This document shows positions 11,603 through 23,100 of a stretch of DNA of 64,000 nucleotides, in pieces. A model generated the notes under the pieces. That model was not told where the DNA came from and did not search any database. It was given only the letters and a program-made list of their open reading frames with translations. How positions within the stretch are numbered: position 1 is the first letter of the stretch; every line of letters starts with the position of its first letter. Made by a program: the position numbers and the translations under genes. The stretch is taken from assembly GCF_963921235.1 (NCBI RefSeq), contig NC_086097.1:136402001-136466000 (forward strand), written 5' to 3'. The stretch comes from Mobula hypostoma (taxonomy: Eukaryota).

Positions 11603-12667
11603 CAGATTTACAGCTGTGCCATATTCTTTCCATTTCTTAGAGTTCTTAACCAATTGATTCCCAGCTCTTAAGGGATATTCAGTGACTTTGAAATTTTCTT
11701 GTATCCATTTTGTGACTTATGCTTTTCAATAATCATTCCACAGAGATGCTTGGAGTGTGCTTTTGTCTTCATGGTGTAGTGTTTACCAGGATACTGACTC
11801 ACCAGCAGTTGGACCTTCCAGATACAGGTGTATTTTTACTACAATCAATTGAAACACCTTGACTGCACACAGGTGATCTCCATTTAACCAATTATGTGAC
11901 TTCAAAAACCAATTGACTGACCCAGTGATGATTTGGTGTGTCACATTAAAGGCTGTGAATACTTATGCAATCAATTATTTTGTGTTTTATATTTATAGTT
12001 AATTTAGATTACAGTACTTTGCAGAAATCTGTTTTCACTTTGACATGAAAGAGTCTTTTTCTGTTGATCGGTGTCAAAAAAGCCAAATTAATTCCGGTGT
12101 AATTCAATGTTGTAAGACAATAAAACATGAAAACTTCCAAGGGTGGGGGGTTGAATACTTTTTATAGGCACAGTATGCCAGTGATAATAAACATGATTCT
12201 CATTCTCATTCTCGTGCCTCCAGCTTCTGTCAGTTCAAGCCCTCTCCCTTCCAAATAGTCTAGGCACACGCTTGTTTGAAGATGGGTCTACACATGGTCC
12301 ATCTTCTTAATGATGCTTAGAGCATCAGACACACGACAGTTCATTACTGTGCGAACAGTACCCGAGCCAAACATCCTCAATGAGTAAGAGAGGTTGTGGT
12401 CCTGAGCTGAAGGTCAGCATTGATGATATGTGTCGCAGGCCGCGGTTTCCTGTAGCCATGGCCCATGTTGTTACAAAGGTCCCAGTGGTGGTATTTGGCC
12501 ACAGACAGCCCCTTCCGTAAAAACTCTCGGTCAATAGGGTGGTGCAGAATCAGAATATGGTTTACTATCACTGACAAGTTAAAAAGATTAGTTGTTTTGC
12601 AGCAGTAAGTGCAATACATAAATGGACTACAAATAATAATAACTATATATACTGTATAGTATAAAGA

Positions 12668-13265
12668 TAACCATATAACCATATAACAATTACAGCACAG
12701 AAACAGGCCATCTCGGCCCTTCTAATCCATGCCGAACTCTTACTCTCACCTAGTTCCACCGACCTGCACTCAGCCCATAACCCTCCATTCCTTTCCTGTC
12801 CATATACCTATCCAATTTAACTTTAAATGACAACATCGAACCTGCCTCAACCACTTCTGCTGGAAGCTTGTTCCACACAGCTACCACTCTCTGAGTAAAG
12901 AAGTCCCCCCTCATGTTACCCCTAAACTTCTGCCCTTTAATTCTCAACTCATGTCCTCTTGTTTGAATCTCCCCCACTCTCAATGGAAAAAGCCTATCCA
13001 CGTCAACTCTATCTACCCCCCTCATAATTTTAAATACCTCTATCAAGTCCCCCCTCAACCTTCTACGTTCCACAGAATAAAGACCCAACTTGTTCAACCT
13101 TTCTCTGTCACGCAGGTGATGAAACCCAGGTAACATTCTAGTAAACCTTCCCTGTACTCTCTCTATTTTGTTGACATCTTTCCTATAGTTTGGTGACCAA
13201 AACTGTATACAATACTCCGAATTTGGCCTCACCAATGCCTTGTACAATTTCAGCATTACATCCCA
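12668..13265 (-). mobile_element. CR1 LINE 3' end, well preserved
   Basis: Uninterrupted 168-aa frame LKLYKALVRP..EYCIQFWSP..ERVQGRFTRMLPG..RRLRGDLIEVFKI..FFTQRVVAVWNKLP; (GTTATATG)n tail. Confidence 0.93.
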
Positions 13266-13281
13266 AAAAAAATAGTGAGGT

Positions 13282-13353
13282 CACAAACAGGAGAAAATCT
13301 GCAGATGCTGGAAATCCAAAGCAACTCATACAAAATGTGTGAATTCCTTCAGC
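13282..13353 (-). mobile_element. Short Penelope-derived terminal fragment
   Basis: GAGAAAATCTGCAGATGCTGGAAATCC; 14-bp TSD AAAAATAGTGAGGT at 13268-13281 and 13354-13367. Confidence 0.82.
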
Positions 13354-13538
13354 AAAAATAGTGAGGTAGTGCTCTTAGTTTCATTGTCCAGAAATTTGAT
13401 GGCAGAGGGGAAGAAGGTGTTCTGAAAATGCGTGAGTCCTCAGGATGTTATACCCCCTCTCTGGTGGTATCAGTGAGAAGAAGCCATATCCTGGATGGTG
13501 GGAGTTCTTAATAATGGACGCTACTTTTTTTGAAGACA

Positions 13539-13660
13539 CTGGTCACTGTGTGGTTCAGCCCTCATCACAGAGTGGGTCAGGCCTGGTCAGCGAATGGCTC
13601 CGCCCTGGTAACTGACTGGTTCAGCTTTGTCCATTGCTTGGTTCAGCCCTGGTCAATAGA
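13539..13660. repeat. Degenerate 22-bp tandem repeat, about 5.5 units
   Basis: Units start at 13551, 13573, 13595, 13617 and 13639; consensus TGGTTCAGCCCTGGTCA followed by 5 variable bases. Confidence 0.8.
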
Positions 13661-14024
13661 TGAGAGGGGATCTCACTGAAAACAGAGAGAGACCTGCGTA
13701 GGGTTGACATGGAGAGGATGTTTCCATTTGTCAAAGAGTCTCAAAATCCACAGCTCAGCCTCAGAATAAAGGGACACCCCTTTAAAACTGAGATGAGGAA
13801 GCATTTCTTCAGCCAACGGTTGGTGAGTCTGTGGAATTCATTGTCACAGAGGATTGTGGAGGCCAAGTCATTTATGGTAGAGATTGATAGCTTCTTGATT
13901 GGTAATGGGGTCAAGGGTTATGGGGAGAAGTCAGGAAAATGGGGTTGAAAATAATTAGCCTTGATTGAATGGTGAAGTAAACTAGATGGGCTGAATGGCC
14001 TAATTCTGCTCCAATGTGTTATGG
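13657..14024 (+). mobile_element. CR1 LINE 3' end
   Basis: ERMFP..SLRIKGHPFKTEMRKHFFSQRLVSLWNSL; GATGGGCTGAATGGCCTAATTCTGCTCC tail. Confidence 0.88.
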
Positions 14025-14688
14025 TGTAAGCGTGGTGGGAAACAGTTGAGGCTTAGCACCACAACAGTGTGGCTGATGAGTTTATTAGGATAAGCATGTT
14101 TGTAAACTGTCTGCTGAGCACCAGCTGGGAGGCCGCACAGTTCCAGCTGCCACCAGATCTTGTGCTTTGGAAGTGATGAGCGTAATTCAAGACTCGTAAA
14201 CCGCAAGCACCTCGCTCAAGTCAGGGATGCTGCACAAAGAATTTACGATTGCTTCGGAGCAGAGGAGGCTGAGGGGGGACATAAACAGAGGCTGAGAGGT
14301 CGAGAGAGGGTGAATGAAAAGGACTTATTTCACTTTGCAGACTAGTTACAGAATTTAAGGGACAGGGATTTAAAGTTAATAAAACGAAAAGACAAGAGAG
14401 TAGATGAGGAAAGATTAACAAAGATGAGCAAATCTGGCGTGTGCCGCATGATAAAGGGACTTGGAGGCTGGGTTTGTGTTCCTTAGGGTCAAGGAGAATA
14501 AACAAAAAGCTTATTTAAACATCTAAGATCCTAAGGAGAGCTCCACAGGGCAGATGTTAAGATGTTTCCTCTGTACAGAGTCACAAATGAGGGGACATAG
14601 TTACAAGATAAAAAGTCTTTCATTTAAAACCTCTAGAATTCTCGGTCCCTGAGAGTGATGGAGAACAAGTCATTAGTGATACTTAAGG

Positions 14689-14766
14689 CAGGGGTTCCCA
14701 ATCATTTTTATGCCATGGAGCCTTACCATTAACCAAGGGTCCATGGACCCCAAGTTGGGAACCCCG
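14689..14766. mobile_element. 78-bp hAT (Charlie-like) MITE inserted in a CR1 remnant
   Basis: TIRs CAGGGGTTCCCAA and TTGGGAACCCCG; perfect 8-bp TSD ACTTAAGG at 14681-14688 and 14767-14774. Confidence 0.88.
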
Positions 14767-15039
14767 ACTTAAGGTGAAGGTAGATAAATATATGGAAGAT
14801 TGAGGAATAGCATGTTATGGAAAACTGGCTCAAATAAGATGTTCCAGCCAGCATTGATCAGCCATGGTCATAGCAAATAGTTGGACAGGTTGGAAAGGCT
14901 TTGTGGTCTACTTCTGCGCCTGTTTTCCTGAGTTCTCATGACTGTGAAGCCAAACGTCACATTTAAAATGTACTTGTAATACTTGGAGTTTAATCTGAGA
15001 AGTGTGAGGGTTACATTTTGGGGTGGGGGGAGGTCTAAT

Positions 15040-15722
15040 GTAAGCAGAAAATACAAAGTTAACAGCAGGACCTTTAACAGCTTTGATGTACAAATCCATA
15101 GGTCCTTGAAAGTGCCACATCAATGGATAGGGTGGTGAAGAAGATGTAGACCATGCCAGCCTTCATTGGTCAGGACATGTTGCAGCTATATCAAACTTTG
15201 GTTCGATTGCCCTGGTGTGCACTCCTGGTTGCGTTATTATAAGAAGGATGTTGAAGTTTTGGAGAGGTGCAGAAGGGGTTTACCAAGATGCTGCCTGGAT
15301 TAAAGGATATGAGCCATAAGGGGAGGTTGTACAAGCTTGTTTTTTTTTCAGAAGCACGACAGGCCGAGGGGAAACCTGATAGAAGTTTATAACATTATCT
15401 GAGGTATACATAGGTAGAGTGTCAATACTTTGTCCATGGTAGAACTGTCAAATACTAGGATATACTTATAAGGTGAGAGGGGGAAAGTTTAAAGATGTTC
15501 ATGGCAAGTGTTTTTACACAGAGAGTGGTTGGTGCCTGGAACAGGCTGCCAGGAGTAGTACTGGAAGCAGATACAATAGTGGCTTTCAAGAAGTTGTTGG
15601 ATCAACACAGGAATATGCAGGGAATAGAGGGATATGGACCAAATACAGGTGATAAAATCTAGTTTAATTTGACATCACGATGAGGCAGATAGACCTTTTC
15701 CTGTGCTGTAACTGTTCTACTG
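15040..15722 (+). mobile_element. CR1 LINE 3' fragment, degenerate
   Basis: Follows CR1 ORF2 C-terminal sequence (TTTACCAAGATGCTGCCTGGATT, TTTTACACAGAGAGTGGT) to a CTGTGCTGTAACTGTTCTA tail. Confidence 0.8.
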
Positions 15723-16721
15723 ATGATCTTAGTGTACTGTGACCTATTGGAACTATGGGCGAATATGTGGGATTATCCACATATAATAGCACTTCTTCTA
15801 TAATGACCAGATTGGTCACCCGAAAGGCTGTGAACTTCTCTGTGTGTTTAGTGACAAGAGTATTTCCATCCTTTTTCAGGATGTGTTCCACAGCAGAGCA
15901 CACACTTTCATGATAACTGGCGAGAATCTTGCTGTGGGTTGTATCATCACAGCAGGTTTAATGCAGTTTAATTCCCTCTGACTGTACAGTTTATTGGCAT
16001 TGTGAACAGGCAATCACGGGGAGCCCAGCTTGGGCTGAAGGGCAAACTGCTGCAAGTGCTGGGATTTTGAACTTAAACCAGAAAATGCTGGGAGCAGTGT
16101 CTGAGGAGAGAGAGAGAAACAGAGTTAATGTTTCAGGTCAATTAACCTTTATCGGGGTTTGAAATCAAACATTTTAAGTTCCAAAGGAGGGGGAGGGGTG
16201 GGGCGAACAAAGGGAATGTCAGTGATAGGATGGAGACCAGTGGTGGTGGTGCTGGTTGAGAGGGCGGGGTTCAGTGGGGGGGGGGAGAGATTTAAAAGTA
16301 CTTGAAGGACAACTTCACACAGAGAGTGGTGCATATATGGAACAAGCTGCCAGAAGTGGTTGAGGTGGGTAAAATAGTAACCTTTAAAAGACAGTTGAGC
16401 GGGTGCATGGATTGGAAAAGTTTAGAGGGATATGGGTCAAACACAGGCATATGGGACCAGCTAAGGTGGGCATCTTGGTCAGCAGGGAAGAGTTGGCTGA
16501 AAGGCCTGTGTCTGTAACACCTTTAAAACAGTTCACCAGCAGCATTCAATGATTGTAAAGGGCACTACCTAAATGCATGTTGTTATGGAGTAGGCCAACA
16601 TCAAAATCAGAACCAGGCTTATCAGTCTTGGATTTATTATCACTGATTTACGTGACATGAAATTTGTTGTTTTGCAGCAGCTGTCCAGTGCAAAGACATA
16701 AATTATTACAAATTACAAAAA

Positions 16722-17268
16722 GTTTTGGTATGTCAACAAATACACACAAAAACTTCCATAGTTGTACTGCAGAGAGCATTCTGACAGTCTGGTATTGGAG
16801 GGGAGGGGGCTACTGCACAGGACCGAAAGCGCTGCAGAGGGTTGCAAATTTAGTCAGCTCCATCTTGGGCACTAGCCTACAATGTACCCAGGAAATCTTC
16901 AAGGAGTGGTGTCTCAGAAAGGCAGCGTCCATTACTAAGGACTCCCAGCACCCAGGGCATGCCCTTTTCTCACTGTTACCATCAGGTAGGAGGTACAGAA
17001 GCCTGAAGGTACACACTCAGCGATTCAGGAACAGCTTCTTCCCTCCTGCCATCTGATTCCTGAATGAACTTTGAACCCGTGAACACTACCTCACATTTTT
17101 AATATATATTATTTCTGTTTTTGCACGATTTTTAATCTATTTAATATACGTAAACTGTAACAGATTTACTTATTTTTTTCTATATGATGTATTGCAGTGA
17201 ACTGCTGCTGCTAAGTTAACACATTTCACGACACATGCCGGTGATAATAAACCTGATTCTGATTCTGA
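16722..17268 (+). mobile_element. Rex1/Babar-like LINE 3' end
   Basis: FGMSTNTHKNFHSCTAESILT..CLRKAASITKDSQHPGHALFSLLPSGRRYRSLK; AATAAACCTGATTCTGATTCTG tail. Confidence 0.85.
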
Positions 17269-18814
17269 GAATAAATAAACAGCACAAACTAAAGGAATAC
17301 AAGGAAGTGTACATGGGTTCATGGACTGTTCGACAGAGGAAGAACAGCCGTTCCTGAATTGTTGAGTGTGAGCCATTAGGCTCCTCTACCTCCTTCCTGA
17401 TGGTAGTAACAAGTAGAGGACATTTTTGTGTTGCTTTGAGTTTGTTGCAATATTATGTTCACAGAAGCACTTTGTGTGAGTGCACGAATTTGAAGCAGCC
17501 CAAGTTTGGTGCCAGTGCAGAGTATGTATCGATGTTTATACATAGGAAGGCAAGTCGTTGTTCAGACTGCTAAATGCTGTAAGCTGTTAAACTCTGCACA
17601 GTATCAGCAAGGAAGGAGTGATATAGAAATGAAACACTGACAGATCTTCCATTCACTGATTCATGGGCTATACTGTGAACTGACTTGAGAGGCTCCCTCA
17701 ATGCAACAAATGCTGTCAATGGACGGTTCTGTTCAAGCTGCATAATCCGAGCATTTATAACATCAGAACGGGACCCGGAACCAGGTCTGCGATTGACCTC
17801 ACCCTGCATAGTTGATGCCCAGTGATCAACTTGTATCCTTTCCAGCTAAACTACTGCTGCTCTCCCCCTCCTTCCCTAAGGGCGATTGGTGGTCTTGAAA
17901 AGAGTGCCTCTTCTACTATCACAGATCTAATCCAGACATTATCTCATCTTTACATCAAACTGCTGAAAGTTTTCCAGTGCAGCCCTGGCAGCAGGCCTGT
18001 CTGACTATTGTTTGTTTGATGGCTGCAGATATGGAAGGCGTTCCTTCTTTCGCAATGAGCTTGATACTGGAGTGGGGGGGGGGTGTGGGGATGTATAAAC
18101 AGTGGTTTTGTGCGTGGACAGGCACACTTCCAAGGTCTGACGTCCAATGCTAGACAAAGAACAAGAAACTAATTTAGTCTCCAGTGCATGGTGCTGTGTG
18201 ATATATTTTCAGGAATAAGGTTAAAAGGAACTTAATTTCACTGTTGTAAATGGGTTCTTGATGTGGCAGGGAATGGCATTTAACTTGGATAGCTGACATA
18301 CTACTGATTAGAGGGGGGAGGAATCAGATCCAACACAAAGCAGTGCTACGGTATACAACCAGGTCACATTTCAAGATTCCAGATTATTTATTCTTGTTCT
18401 TCATTACGTGAGTGTAAAGGAGAGCGAAATGATTGTTGTTGAATCTGATGCAGCAGCTTAAGAGCACAACAAGCATAAAGAAACAGAAAACTCCACAATA
18501 AATATAAATACCAAAGCAATGCTATAAACATAATGTGCATGTAACCGTTACATACATGGTGAGCTGGGTTACTGGGTGGAAGTGTTGATCAGCCTGACAG
18601 CTTGAGGGAAGTATCTATTTCTGAGTCTGATGTCCAGGTGTGCATGCTAAGTAGCCTCTTTCCAGATGGGAGTGGGACGAACAGTCCATGAGCAAGACGG
18701 GTGGGGTCCTTCATGATACTGCTGGCCTTCCTCTGGCACCTTTCTGTCTATATACCCTTGATGGCAGGTAGACTGGTGCCGGTGACGTGGCGACTTCTGC
18801 CAGTTATGGGTGAC

Positions 18815-19469
18815 TCAGCGCGCAGCAGCCACTCCGATGATGAATATCTGTTATCTGTCAAGGAGGGTGCCATGTACAATCCTGATTTGATGGAGGCAGA
18901 TGTGACAGCACGGAGGAACATCTGGTGAAACTTCTGAAATGCCTGCTTCACTGCCACTGCTACTGTGTGATCCAGAATCTCCGGAGGGGAAGGCCCTGAG
19001 TCCTTGGCTTTGCTTGTTGCTCGGCGGCCGGGGCGGGGTCAAAGCACTCGGCAGAGATGGTGTTCGGTGCTCGGTGTCGGAGGGCTGGTTGGAGGCTCGA
19101 AGTTTTCGGACAGAGTCAGAGTCAGCTGTTATCGGGTGCTTCCAGGGTGCTGCATCAGGAAGTTTGCAGTGCTGGAGGTTCATGGTAGGGAGAGTTTCTC
19201 CCTTCTACCATCTGCATGAGATGATGAGGCTATTGAGACTTTGAGACTTTTTTTTACCGTGCCCATGGTCTGGTCTTTATCAAATTACAGTATTGCTTTG
19301 TACTGTTGTAACTATATGTTAGAATTATGTGGTTTTTGTCAGTTTTAGTCTTGGTCTGTCCTGTGTTTCTGTGATATCATACTGGAGAAACATTGTATCA
19401 TTTCTTAATGCATGCATTTCTAAATGACAATAAATGAGGACTGAGTGTCCTCATAATCTAACCTAATCT
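18815..19469 (+). mobile_element. Non-coding ~650-bp retroposon, copy 1 (5' end degraded)
   Basis: Colinear with copies at 25083, 32674 and 43965 (AAACTTCTGAAATGCC; TTACCGTGCCCATGG; AATGACAATAAA..CATAATCT). Confidence 0.85.
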
Positions 19470-20188
19470 GTATGCCAAGGTTCTTTGACGTGCAGTCAGC
19501 AGTGTGTCAATGTGAGATGTATGGCAGTGAGTTCGTGCACAGAAAGCTCCCAGAAAAAGCAAGATAATCACCACCAGATATATACTGTACGGGGATGCCA
19601 AGACTCAAGAGGTTGATTTATTGGGAGAGGTTGGACAGGTTGGCACTTTATTCCTTGGAGTTTAGGGGAATAATGAGTGATCTGATAGAGGTGTATCAAT
19701 CCTGGGGGTGTGCATAGGATAAGTACAGACAGTCTTTCTCCAGGGGAAAAAGAACCAAAAATTAGGGGGCATTGGTATAAGGTATATGGGCAAGATTTAA
19801 AAGAAGCAACAAATTCTGAGAGGCACCTTTTTGACACAGGTTGTGGTGAGTATATGGGACAAGTGTTTGAGGCAGGGACAATGAGAGCATTTAAAAGAGA
19901 TGACAAACACATGGACAGGAAAGGTTTAGAGGGAAGTAGGCCAAACATGGGCAGATTTTGGGCTGAAGGGCCAGTTTCTCTGTGACTATAGGAGGAGAGT
20001 TATTGGCCATGGAGTCTTTTCCATCCACCAGGGAGAGGAGGCAGGACCTCAGTTCAACTCGTCGAAAGGGCAGCCCCCCAGCAATGGAGCACTCCCTCAG
20101 GCAAAGCTTTGGAGAGGTTTTACACTTTAGCTTTGAGGTTGTACTTTAGTGTGTGGTTAGAGGTGAAAGAGCAGCACAATGAAAGCTT

Positions 20189-20576
20189 TTGTTCACTTGC
20201 CCCTCAGCAACCCCTTCCCCATTTCCCATCCCCTTTTCCTTCTCTCACCTTATCTCCTTGCCCACACATCGAGTCCCTCTGGTGCTCCTCCCCACTCTTC
20301 TTTCTTCCATGGCCTTCTGTCTGTTTCACCAAACAACTTCCCAGCCTTTACTTCATCCTCCCCTTCCAGGTTTCACCCATCACCTGGTGTTTCTCTCTCC
20401 CCTCCCCCACCTTTCAAATCTACTCCTCAGCATTTTTTCTCCAGTCCTGCTGAAGGGTTTCAGCCCGAAACGTCAACTGTACTCTTTTCTTAGATGTTGC
20501 CTGGCCTGCTGAGTTCCTCCAGCATTTTGTGTGTGTTGCTCGGATTTCCAGCATCTGCAGATTTTCTCTTGTTTGT
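20189..20576 (+). mobile_element. Penelope-derived 3' UTR/terminal repeat with hammerhead-like motif
   Basis: Homologous to 8880-9255; AGTCCTGCTGAAGGGTTTCAGCCCGAAACGTC at ~20443-20474; flanked by TTTGTTCACTTG and TTTGTTTACTTG. Confidence 0.8.
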
Positions 20577-20749
20577 TTACTTGATTCAATTGTTTGTGGG
20601 TTTTGGAGAGGGATTTTCCTGCTCATGATAGCTGTGAGTGCTGTTCTATTGACACGGCCCAGAATTTCCTTGTCTGCTGTGAGTCATAAAACAATTTAGA
20701 AGACCGCTGTCTTCTTCCTCTCATCCACTCTCACAACTATGTTGACACT

Positions 20750-21475
20750 GCGGCAAAGAAGGTACAGCACCACCTTTACTTCCTTGAAAGGCTAACGAAA
20801 TTCGGCGTGTTCCAGATGATCCTCACCAATTTTTATTGATATATCATGGCAAGTGTTCTATCCGGGTACATCTCGCTTGGCATGGCAACTGCTTTGCCCA
20901 GGACTGCAAGAAATTGCAGCAGCTAGGAACACAGCCCCATCCATCATTCAAAGCAGCCTCATCGCCATGGACACCGTTTATACCTCCCACTGTCCCAGGA
21001 AAGCAACCAGCGTAATCAAGGATTCCTCCCCCACCAGTCATCCTCCCTTCTCCTCTCTCCCATCAGGCTGAAGGTACAAAAGCTTCAATATCACCAAATT
21101 CAAGGACCGTTCAAAGATTCAAACAGCATTCATTATCAAAGAATGTATAAATTTTACAACCTTGAGATTTGTTTGCTTACAGGCAGTCGCAAAGCAAGGA
21201 AATCGAAAGAACCATTGTCATCAGACTAGTGAACAGACCTCTTGTATGATAAAATTGACCTCTTGATCTTCCAACCTACCTTGTCACAGCCCTTGCACCT
21301 TTATCTGCTAATGTGCATTGCAGCACATTTTCTGTAACTGTAACACTCTATTCTGCTTCCTGTTATTGCTTTTCCTTCGTACAACCTCGGTGTGTGGAAT
21401 GTTCTGTCTAGATGGCATGCAAAAGAAAAGTTTTTCACTGTGATTTGTTACATGTGCCAACATTTAAACCAAATA
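20750..21475 (+). mobile_element. Rex1/Babar-like LINE 3' end, degenerate, with a small minus-strand insertion at ~21112-21215
   Basis: TVYTSHCPRKATSVIKDS..PPFSSLPSG; 3' UTR shared with 33390-33725 and 39000-39335. Confidence 0.7.
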
Positions 21476-23100
21476 GCAATTAATCAACAATCACTATCAT
21501 TCAATGTGAACAGGGATTGGAGATAAAGCTGACCTTGGATTTTGGGAAATTTTGTTTTTGCATGCAATCATGTTGTCTGTGAACATCTGCTCCAAAAGCT
21601 AGATGTACAAATTGACCATCAGTAACATTTTTCTCAGCAGTGGCTGAGAAGGTAAATTCCACATTTCAGTCAATTACTCTGATTTCAGAAGTATTCAGAA
21701 CTAAACTTTATCCTGTCTCAGAGTGCTGTGGGTGTTTTTTTTGATCCAACTAGCCATGGAGTAGTCAAACCAAATTAGGAAACCACACTTGCCAATAACT
21801 CACTAACTTGGCAACATGATATTGGTGCCTCAATTCACTTAGCAACGCTGAAAGGCCCTTTGTGATATCATTCGCCAAGGTCTGTATCAGAGTGTTAAGA
21901 GGAACTTTCTCCCCTTGGTTTCACTGTCAGAAAGGTTCCAGCTGTGCATATTTGGTAATTCTGGGTCTGGTTTCACAATCCCCCTGGGCCTTATAAGTTA
22001 TATTATTTTTGAAGAAAAATAATGTCTGATGAAAATTGCCACTGTATATTTGCCAATGGATTTTATCATAATCCAAAAGCAGGACATCACAGAGTCTGAA
22101 AATGTGAACTAAAGCAATCAGCAGGTCAGGCAGCATCTCAGGAGAGCAAAATAAAACAAATACTTTCATCAGAGCTAAGGGTATTGGGCCTGAAATATTA
22201 CCTCTGTTCCTCTCTCCATGGATGCTGTCCAGTTTGCTGTGTATTTCCAGCTTTTGTTATAGATTTTTAATGCCATTTGGACCAGGGATCCAGGCGATTG
22301 AACTTGCAATTTAATACGTTTCACATCAATCCTAACGCTTCACTTACTCTCACACCGATTCCAACGCTGGCAGAGGACATTCAGAATCAAAGTCCAAGAT
22401 ACATTTATTCAAAGCTCAACGTACATTTATTGTCAATGTATGTATGCATGATGCAATCTTGAGATCCGTCTCCTTACAGGCAGCTACAAAACAAAGAAAC
22501 ACAGAAGAACCCATAAAAAAATGACAAACACCCCAATGTGCAGGGAGAGAGAGAGAAATCAAAAACAAATCGTGCAAACAATGGAAGTAAGCAAATAGCA
22601 TTTGGAACGAGAGTGAGTCCTCAGGCATGGAGCCTGGGGCAGTCGGAACAGGCTCACAACCACAACCAAGAGCCGAGTAAATGTCAGGTGCAGAACCAGA
22701 ATCCGATTTATTATCGCTGGCTTTTATGATGTGGAATTGGTTGTTTTGCAGCAGCAATGCTGTGCAAAGGCACCAACTACAAAATTAAACAAATAATGCA
22801 AGAAAGTAACATCGAGGTAGAATTCATGGGTTCATGGACCTTTCAGAAATATGACAGCAGTGGGGAAGAAATTGTTTCTGAATCACTGAGTGTGGGTCTT
22901 CAGGTTCCTGTTCCTCTACCCTGGTGATAGTGATAAGAAGACTGAATGGTCCAGATGATAGGGGGCCTCAGTGATGGATGTGCCTTCTTGGGTCACTGCC
23001 TCTTTGTTCCTGCCCTCCTCTGTGAGGGGGTTATCCAAATAATCACCATCCCACCTTGCCCATCCCTACAGTTATCTCCCATGGTCCAGTATTCATCTAA

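Larger units (their letters stand above)
9455..11772 (-). pseudogene. Tc1 transposase pseudogene, interrupted at 10310-11602
   Basis: ATG at 11772 (MKTKAHSKHL..GYKKISKSLNIP); then REVTKRPVTTLEELQ, WKKVLWFDETEIELF, KHGDGCIMLWGCF, QQENDLKH, SPDLKPSENLW, AKGASTKY-stop; frameshifts and stops present. Confidence 0.92.
8347..12173 (-). mobile_element. Tc1-family DNA transposon with ~210-bp TIRs, degenerate, carrying nested insertions
   Basis: TA at 8345-8346 and 12174-12175; left TIR 8347-8367 plus ~9256-9447 is the reverse complement of ~11955-12173; transposase on the minus strand. Confidence 0.93.
7973..12212 (+). mobile_element. Rex1/Babar-like LINE 3' end split by the Tc1 insertion (pieces 7973-8346 and 12176-12212)
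   Basis: Joining across the TA site restores CAAATTTCACGGCATATGCCAGTGATAATAAACATGATTCT; uninterrupted versions of this tail occur at ~17220-17268 and ~24476-24520. Confidence 0.8.

Noticed and set aside
13539..13660. CRISPR-like array
   Set aside because: Contiguous degenerate tandem units with no real spacers, no cas genes, and a vertebrate context.
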